Source: a virus
IMG/VR virus record: IMGVR_UViG_3300042691_025267
Span: 1-64,000 of that record
Direction: 5' to 3' (one strand)
DNA: 64,000 bases
Both the position numbers and the translations under genes were made by a program. Positions 57,970 through 64,000 of this stretch are shown here, piece after piece. Position 1 is the stretch's first letter, and each line of letters opens with the position of its first letter. The notes beneath the pieces were generated by a model. That model ran no database searches and was not told the origin of the DNA. It saw nothing but the letters and a program-made list of their open reading frames with translations.

Positions 57970-59277
57970 TCATCTCAATGTTTCCCAAAAGTCCAGTTGT
58001 ATATTTTTATGTCTACTTTTAAGTACTTCAAAATTGTGATCCACTACTTCGTTCGTTTCTTGAATAAATTGTGATTTTTTTGCATGACTCCATGAATCAA
58101 TTTCTTTACATACATTTGAAATTGCAAAAACTCGTTCGCGATGGTTGTCAATAGTATCATAACTTTCATCAAACCAATTAGAAAATGTTCTATAGCCCTT
58201 TTTCTTTAATGATACCAAAGAATTTGGTGCACCAACTAAAATAAACGGGTGTCTATATTTAATAGGCTTGAACGTCTTTTCTGTTTCTGCAATTGCATGT
58301 TGATATGCGTGGGTTTCCGTTACAACACTTAATAAAGTACCTTTATAAAAATGCTCAGTAGAATGTCCTATTTCCATTGTCATTTCTGCATGTCTCGTAT
58401 GATCAGATGACAGGTGATCTATTTTTAATGGCAGAATATATTGTTGAATATACTGTAGTTCTTCTTCCGAAATATCCAGCTGTTGCGCAATGTTACGATC
58501 TACCGTCTCTATAAATGAATTTGGAGACTCAGGATTTTTTTCAGGAAATGTAAACAAAGAACTTCCCAATAAATTTTGTTTGTAGAATGCCAAAAACAAA
58601 TCAAGTCTATGTGGTCTGTATCTATAATTTAAACTCAAGAAAGTTTTATGTATGTGTCTGATGTGTCGGTCGTTTACATACTCTCGGTTTGTCAATTGTT
58701 TTGACATATTCCACTCAAACGAATCCCAACAAAATATTTTAAGTCTGTTAGATGTGGGTGTATTACGTTGATCACAAAAGTTTTGGTATAAATCATCTCC
58801 ATTTGGACATCCCGTCATATAAATTACTTTATGCGGTGGTATTTGATGATTTAAAAAGTATTGTTCCATTAGATGAAAAAAGTTTGGATATACGAAAGAT
58901 TCCATAGAAAAATCAAGTAACATGTATCCTTTCCCATTCCTAAGTCCATCCATCACTCTACTAGATACTTTAGAATTTTCAAATAATCCAGTGGGAACTC
59001 CAAACGTAAATAAAGATTCCGCAGTTGTTTTATAAATGTATTGAAAATCGTATATAAAAATATCTTCTCTAGTAACTTCACTGGCAGATTTTAATACAAA
59101 GTTTTCGGGAAATTTTGATAACACCTCTTTATAAAAGTATGCGGACGTTGCCCTACGATTATCAGATATCGTTACATTTTCCACGGATAATGCAAGATCA
59201 TAAATGTTTGGCATTCGTGCATTACATAATGGACCTTGTGGTCCTATCCATTCGTAAATTACATTTATTTTAGTCAT
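57970..59277 (-). CDS. putative glycosyltransferase-like phage protein
   Basis: FLSLN.R.RPHR, SVVTET, TEKTFKPI..RHPFI, GYRTFS.WFDESYD. Confidence 0.5.
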   Translation of the reverse strand: MTKINVIYEWIGPQGPLCNARMPNIYDLALSVENVTISDNRRATSAYFYKEVLSKFPENFVLKSASEVTREDIFIYDFQYIYKTTAESLFTFGVPTGLFENSKVSSRVMDGLRNGKGYMLLDFSMESFVYPNFFHLMEQYFLNHQIPPHKVIYMTGCPNGDDLYQNFCDQRNTPTSNRLKIFCWDSFEWNMSKQLTNREYVNDRHIRHIHKTFLSLNYRYRPHRLDLFLAFYKQNLLGSSLFTFPEKNPESPNSFIETVDRNIAQQLDISEEELQYIQQYILPLKIDHLSSDHTRHAEMTMEIGHSTEHFYKGTLLSVVTETHAYQHAIAETEKTFKPIKYRHPFILVGAPNSLVSLKKKGYRTFSNWFDESYDTIDNHRERVFAISNVCKEIDSWSHAKKSQFIQETNEVVDHNFEVLKSRHKNIQLDFWETLR

Positions 59278-60154
59278 TATTTATTATAGTATAAATTTGA
59301 TTTGCTACTGATATTTGGTGTTTTTCGCCGAAATGAACCCCATCGTATGCTGGAAAGATGTAGTCACTTCCCGAAAAATACCAACCACTTAATCCTTTGG
59401 TAAAATCAACTACATGTGGAACTATTCCTGTATATTGATTAAAATCTTCTATATTACAATTCCACATACTATTGATCAGTAAGTTATAAACTTTTACGTT
59501 TAACGCTTTTAGTAATACATTAACCGCACAATAATCTTCTATGAAATCATTGCTCCACATAGTATTTGACAGTATTGCCTTATCATAAACATCATTGATT
59601 ACTCTATCGTGTAAATCTAATGCAGGATCAATTTTCCATTTTACATTTAAGTGCTGTGGAGCGCCACCCTCTCGTATGAAAGTTTTTCTTGTCGGTTCAG
59701 TCCAAAGAATTAACACTCGTTCTGGCAACGGCATTCCAGACAAGACCCACGAAAATAATGTATGTTTTACATATTTTGCGCTGGATCCTCCTTTCCCTAA
59801 ATTAAGTATTTTCGTATTCAATTTACCTTCTAGGTGATGTACCCACATTTCTGTATGACGTACACCAATTCCCTCGGTAAACGAACATCCAATTGCAATA
59901 TCAAATTTTCTATCTTGTACAGTAGAAAACTCATAAGTTCTATATCCCATAGAATTATAGGTATAGAAATCATCTTCCATTTCATAATAAGGCCAGTCAG
60001 AAGATGGAATGTTCAATACTTTTATTTTTTCTAAAAACTCTAGATACTGTCTTTCACTATAAGTACCGTCAAACTTAGAACTACCGACGTTTCCATAAAA
60101 ATGGGCAAAATTGAACAGTTGATTGTACTTATGTGTTGGAGAAAACTTAAGCAT
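59270..60154 (-). CDS. SGNH hydrolase-like protein
   Basis: YNSMGYR, IGCSFTEG, NLGKGGSS, DGVHFG. Confidence 0.68.
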   Translation of the reverse strand: MLKFSPTHKYNQLFNFAHFYGNVGSSKFDGTYSERQYLEFLEKIKVLNIPSSDWPYYEMEDDFYTYNSMGYRTYEFSTVQDRKFDIAIGCSFTEGIGVRHTEMWVHHLEGKLNTKILNLGKGGSSAKYVKHTLFSWVLSGMPLPERVLILWTEPTRKTFIREGGAPQHLNVKWKIDPALDLHDRVINDVYDKAILSNTMWSNDFIEDYCAVNVLLKALNVKVYNLLINSMWNCNIEDFNQYTGIVPHVVDFTKGLSGWYFSGSDYIFPAYDGVHFGEKHQISVANQIYTIINND

Positions 60155-61124
60155 TACTAAAACTCCGTTTAGGAATAATGATATCTGTCCCGCAGTGGCA
60201 ATGGTATTTATTGCAAGAAATAGTTTTCGGACCAACTCCGTCAACGTTTTCTAAAATATGTCCCACGTTGCCAGACAATCCGCAACTAGCCATTGATACA
60301 TATCCCGCTGGGTTGATAAAAATACTGTCACCAATGTCACAGTCCCATCCAGTAAAAAAGTTTTCCCGTTTAATAATCAATTCGTTACTATTAGTGGGGG
60401 AGGTTGACCCATCGTCCCATCTGTTAAGAGAAACTGCTTGACTTTCCTTGTAAATTTTATTCGGTGGCCATTTTACTTCCAAATCCCGATGTTCTTCCAG
60501 CCACCTATCTTTAAAAGATTCCTTATATTTCCAAGGTGAAGCGTTTCCCGACATTTCGTCAAATAACGGAGTCCACTCAATAACATATCCAGGAAGTTTT
60601 TCTTTTAACATTTCCCCGTACTCTACTACTTCCCAAAAACGTTCCTCGTGCATCAACATTTTATTACAAAAATAACTAATCTTGTCACACATTAATAAAC
60701 TATTTTCAAGATATCGTTGTTTGTTTACACTTTCAATGTGAAAACTTGCCACAACATCATCAAATAAATGATAATATTTTTCCCACCAATCCGTAGCGCG
60801 ACTGAGATTGGTGTTAATTGCTATCGTGTTGTTTGGGGTATATTCTTTAAAAAATTCTACTACTGGTAATAGGTTCTTCCAGATGGTTGGTTCTCCACCA
60901 CTTAGGTATATTTTAAATGCATCATATCCACCGTCTAAATACCTGTCAACGATCAATTTTAAATTTTTTAAATATATATTTAAATTTTGACTGTTTTTAT
61001 GGTTACCACTCCAGTTACCAGGATTACAATATGAGCATTTATAATTACAATGATCATTTACCTGCCACGTGATGGCTAAGTATTTAGTTTTTGGATAAAT
61101 TTCTAAGAGTTTTTTCTCAGCCAT
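60147..61124 (-). CDS. radical SAM protein with C-terminal Cys cluster
   Basis: CNYKCSYC, SGGEPT, INTNLS; C-terminal C..C..C...CHC. Confidence 0.9.
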   Translation of the reverse strand: MAEKKLLEIYPKTKYLAITWQVNDHCNYKCSYCNPGNWSGNHKNSQNLNIYLKNLKLIVDRYLDGGYDAFKIYLSGGEPTIWKNLLPVVEFFKEYTPNNTIAINTNLSRATDWWEKYYHLFDDVVASFHIESVNKQRYLENSLLMCDKISYFCNKMLMHEERFWEVVEYGEMLKEKLPGYVIEWTPLFDEMSGNASPWKYKESFKDRWLEEHRDLEVKWPPNKIYKESQAVSLNRWDDGSTSPTNSNELIIKRENFFTGWDCDIGDSIFINPAGYVSMASCGLSGNVGHILENVDGVGPKTISCNKYHCHCGTDIIIPKRSFSNA

Positions 61125-62395
61125 AGATATAGTTCCGTTAATTCAGGTATACTTTCGTACCACAGTTCATTTCTAAGTCCATCGTATTTTTTATTCTTAT
61201 CAAAAAATTCTTTCAATAAACCTACATTTGCTTCTGCTTTTTCTAATGCACCACACACAGTTCTAAATTGCCCAACGTTTTGCTCATACTGTTCGGAATC
61301 CAAATATTTACCCTTGATCCAGTGGAAATGGTACCACCACTTGTCTTCCAACTTAGCAGCAATTTCTCGTGGTAGATTACCTATATTCATTTCTGGAGGA
61401 TACGTTAAAATGTTTAATCGTAAACCAGATACGTCAATCAACCCTTCCTCTATGAGCCACCGATGAAAATCTGGAAAACTGAACACGTTGAATAGTGATA
61501 TTGTCGGAGTTATTCCTAATTTTACATGCGGTACGTATTTCTTAATATCAAGTAAATTTTTATGTATTTGTTTCCACTCGGTACCATGACGCAACAATTC
61601 TGCAACATCATCTCGACCATCTAAACTAGCCCAAATCTGTACGTTCGGAAATTTTTCCCAGTACTCAATTGCATGTTTATTTTTATACCGAAGAGTCAAT
61701 AAATTTGTAGTGTACGTTAGTTCCACATTAGTATGATTGTGTTCTATCCAATAATCCAAAATATCATAATGTTCGTTCGTAATTAACGATTCTCCTCCGG
61801 CAAAATACACTTCTTCCGTATCCAATAAGTATGGCTTTAATTTAGTCAGTAGAGTTCCATCGTCGTTTGCGTTTACTACAGTACTGTCCATATTAAAGAA
61901 TTTTTTTAGATCCTTTTTACCAGACTTACCCTGCATCTTGACAAATTCATCTGCCCATCTACTACTACATCCCGGTCCACACGTACGACACTTCATATTA
62001 CAAATATTACTAAAGCGTATATCTAAGTATTTTAGTTTAAACTTGTTAATTGATCCATCTGTATTAGTACTTTCTACCAAATCAATTGACTGTTCATATC
62101 GTCTGGCATTATTTGATTTACGCATGGACCAAATACCCATATCTTCCAAATCATAACACCGTTTGCAAACGTCAACATATTCATCGTTTAACATTTTTAA
62201 ACGCATCTCATTAAAATCTGGACTGTTCATAATATCCAGTACGGTGTCTTTATCTGTAGAAGATACAGGCTTATTAGAGTCTGCTATACAACATGGCATA
62301 ACTCGTTTATCTGGCCATGCATGAAAATGTATCCACGGCAGAATACAAAAATGTTTTGTTTCTGAAATAACCGGTAATTGTTTAGATAGACTCAT
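61103..62395 (-). CDS. radical SAM protein with N-terminal SPASM/twitch-like domain
   Basis: FCILPW..PCC..CKRC, then CNMKCRTC, YFAGGE, YTTN, ASLDG. Confidence 0.9.
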   Translation of the reverse strand: MSLSKQLPVISETKHFCILPWIHFHAWPDKRVMPCCIADSNKPVSSTDKDTVLDIMNSPDFNEMRLKMLNDEYVDVCKRCYDLEDMGIWSMRKSNNARRYEQSIDLVESTNTDGSINKFKLKYLDIRFSNICNMKCRTCGPGCSSRWADEFVKMQGKSGKKDLKKFFNMDSTVVNANDDGTLLTKLKPYLLDTEEVYFAGGESLITNEHYDILDYWIEHNHTNVELTYTTNLLTLRYKNKHAIEYWEKFPNVQIWASLDGRDDVAELLRHGTEWKQIHKNLLDIKKYVPHVKLGITPTISLFNVFSFPDFHRWLIEEGLIDVSGLRLNILTYPPEMNIGNLPREIAAKLEDKWWYHFHWIKGKYLDSEQYEQNVGQFRTVCGALEKAEANVGLLKEFFDKNKKYDGLRNELWYESIPELTELYLWLRKNS

Positions 62396-63626
62396 ACCAT
62401 TCCTTTAATTCTGGGTAGGTTTCTGAAAAGTTGTCGTTGCGGATACTATCAAAGTGTTGCGTGAGTTGTTTAAACTTCAGTTGGTGTTCTCGTACAGGGT
62501 CTAATTCTTCTTGAATAAAATGATAAATATCTGTTAATCCGTGCGCAATTGGACCATCTGGTGCGGTTTCTAACCACTGACCAATTTTACTCTTTATATC
62601 ACGTTTCATTTCTCTCGTAAATACGTTGTTTAAATTATAATGGTCAGGATTTATAAGTTTGTAAAAAGAACAGTGCGTATTATGTAAATCTATTACTTGG
62701 TGTTGTTGTAAATTTTCTAAAAATTCTATAATAGTATATGCGTTAAACACTCCCACCACACAATTAAATCGTATTGATACGGTTGGGCAGTTATTCCGAA
62801 TGAACTGTAGGTTTCCTATTACTTCACTCCACACGGTACCCTTTCGCATATACTCTGCTCTCGCACCAAATGAGTCCAGACTGGCATAAAATTCTACTTG
62901 TTTAAATTTATTCCATAGATCAGTAACGTGTGTATTACCAAATTTTAATTTACTACTGTTACTGTTATATCGCAAAACAAGATCCGTATTATTATTCTCA
63001 ATCAAGAACTGGAGTATTTCGTAGTGTTCGGGAGTAATCAGTGGTTCCCCACCTGCAAAATATAACATTTCCAATTCTCCTAGATGTGGCTTAAACTGCT
63101 CTAAAAGATTTGGATTTCCATTTGATGCATGCATCAATCCATTAACTTCGCCGTATCCTTGTTTGAAGGATTCGGCCGCCCACGTGGAAGAAAACATATC
63201 TCCACACGTACGACATTTAAAATTACACAAGTTACTGAACCGTACGTCGAAATATTTTAGATGCATACCAGGAAGATATCCATCATTTTCTGTTACTTTA
63301 GTTAAATCAAAATGATGACCAAACTCATTATTTGCAAAATTACGAAATGAAAAACCACCGCCTCCAGTAGATTCGTGCTTATAACAATTTGCACATCCAT
63401 CAACTCGTTCTCCAGCAAGTAATTTTTTACGAATTACTTTTAAATCCTCACCATTCCAAATTTCATCAATTGTTTGTTCACGAACGTTACCTATTGGATT
63501 TTCGTATTTTGTAGTACAGCACGGGTACGTGGCCCCATCTGTGTTCACATACAGATGAAGCCACGGAAACATACAAAATGTTTTATTATGTGTTAATAAC
63601 TGGGAGAGTTCTGGATGTTGATTCAT
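62382..63626 (-). CDS. radical SAM protein with N-terminal SPASM/twitch-like domain
   Basis: FCMFPW..PCC..CANC, then CNFKCRTC, YFAGGEP, ASLDS. Confidence 0.9.
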   Translation of the reverse strand: MNQHPELSQLLTHNKTFCMFPWLHLYVNTDGATYPCCTTKYENPIGNVREQTIDEIWNGEDLKVIRKKLLAGERVDGCANCYKHESTGGGGFSFRNFANNEFGHHFDLTKVTENDGYLPGMHLKYFDVRFSNLCNFKCRTCGDMFSSTWAAESFKQGYGEVNGLMHASNGNPNLLEQFKPHLGELEMLYFAGGEPLITPEHYEILQFLIENNNTDLVLRYNSNSSKLKFGNTHVTDLWNKFKQVEFYASLDSFGARAEYMRKGTVWSEVIGNLQFIRNNCPTVSIRFNCVVGVFNAYTIIEFLENLQQHQVIDLHNTHCSFYKLINPDHYNLNNVFTREMKRDIKSKIGQWLETAPDGPIAHGLTDIYHFIQEELDPVREHQLKFKQLTQHFDSIRNDNFSETYPELKEWYESI

Positions 63627-64000
63627 TTGCCCCACTCAAGTAAAACGTTTTATATTCAGGAAATGTTTCTGGAAAGTTTGTGCCGCGTCGTTTATCATAT
63701 TCAGTAAACCAGTTATAAAAGTCTTTACGAGCTTCCTCAAGTTTATCTTCTGAATATACTGTATTTTCCATGTATTTAACCACCCGACGAAACCGCTCAA
63801 GTTCCAACTCAGAGAACTTTGTGACATCGTTTTCGTCAGTATTCTCTTCCATAAATGTAAGGTGACTGTGCATATAAGGCATGAACTCTTCTTTTGGTAA
63901 GATGTTCATATCATACTGCAAAGGTTCTTTTAAGTATGGAGTATCAAACCGAATCTTTCTTTCCAATGGTCTTATTTGATCGTCTGGAATAATATCGTTG
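63586..64000 (-). CDS. C-terminal part of a probable further radical SAM protein (truncated by window)
   Basis: FDTPYLKEP..MNILP and DF..WF.EYDKRRGTNF.ETFPE resemble the C-termini of the two adjacent radical SAM proteins. Confidence 0.6.
   Translation of the reverse strand, partial: NDIIPDDQIRPLERKIRFDTPYLKEPLQYDMNILPKEEFMPYMHSHLTFMEENTDENDVTKFSELELERFRRVVKYMENTVYSEDKLEEARKDFYNWFTEYDKRRGTNFPETFPEYKTFYLSGANESTSRTLPVINT

Noticed and set aside
498-63827. Many plus-strand and nested ORFs in the six-frame track (e.g. 35677..36291, 44644..45210, 14193..14693, 7881..8363)
   Set aside because: They are antisense or alternate-frame shadows of well-supported genes, with no recognisable motifs
1-64000. 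Stop-codon recoding, inteins or introns, tRNA genes
   Set aside because: Core genes are full length and of normal size under code 11, TAA/TGA/TAG all end genes, and intergenic gaps are short with no cloverleaf seen
42481-64000. Island as contaminating bacterial chromosome
   Set aside because: It is contiguous and overlapping with phage genes, carries the same upstream motif, and lacks transporters or regulators typical of host clusters

Overview
Gene-dense 64 kb segment of a large contractile-tailed dsDNA phage with a T4-like replisome. Nearly all genes lie on the minus strand; only 2737..4327 is on plus. Four blocks. (1) 1-9 kb, accessory genes: SpoU RNA methyltransferase, Cas4/RecB-like nuclease, phosphoglycosyl transferase, dCMP deaminase, full-length TonB-dependent receptor. 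(2) 8.6-29 kb, replication and nucleotide metabolism: gp62/gp44/gp45, PolB, dUTPase, two thioredoxins, class II RNR, gp41 helicase, 5'-3' exonuclease, RecA/UvsX, gp32 SSB and a degenerate PolA. This block is interrupted by ClpP, an amidase and a cassette of two GREB1/TAGT-type glycosyltransferases plus a DNA methyltransferase. (3) 29-42 kb, baseplate/tape-measure genes with a probable frameshifted chaperone pair, then an SNF2 helicase. (4) 42.5-64 kb, a visibly AT-richer co-oriented enzyme island running off the window end: 2 subtilases (one ending in a six-Cys peptide), 3 sulfotransferases, 2 QueC-like ATPases, an APS kinase-nucleotidyltransferase fusion, DUF2061, a carbamoyltransferase, 6 SGNH-like proteins, 3 glycosyltransferase-like proteins, a nucleotide-sugar dehydrogenase and at least 4 radical SAM proteins. 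This island is the best candidate for an undescribed system. Two promoter classes are visible (sigma70-like, and a RATAYTTATW motif). I saw no tRNA, rRNA, CRISPR array or IS element. Family calls come from motif recognition by eye; no searches were run.
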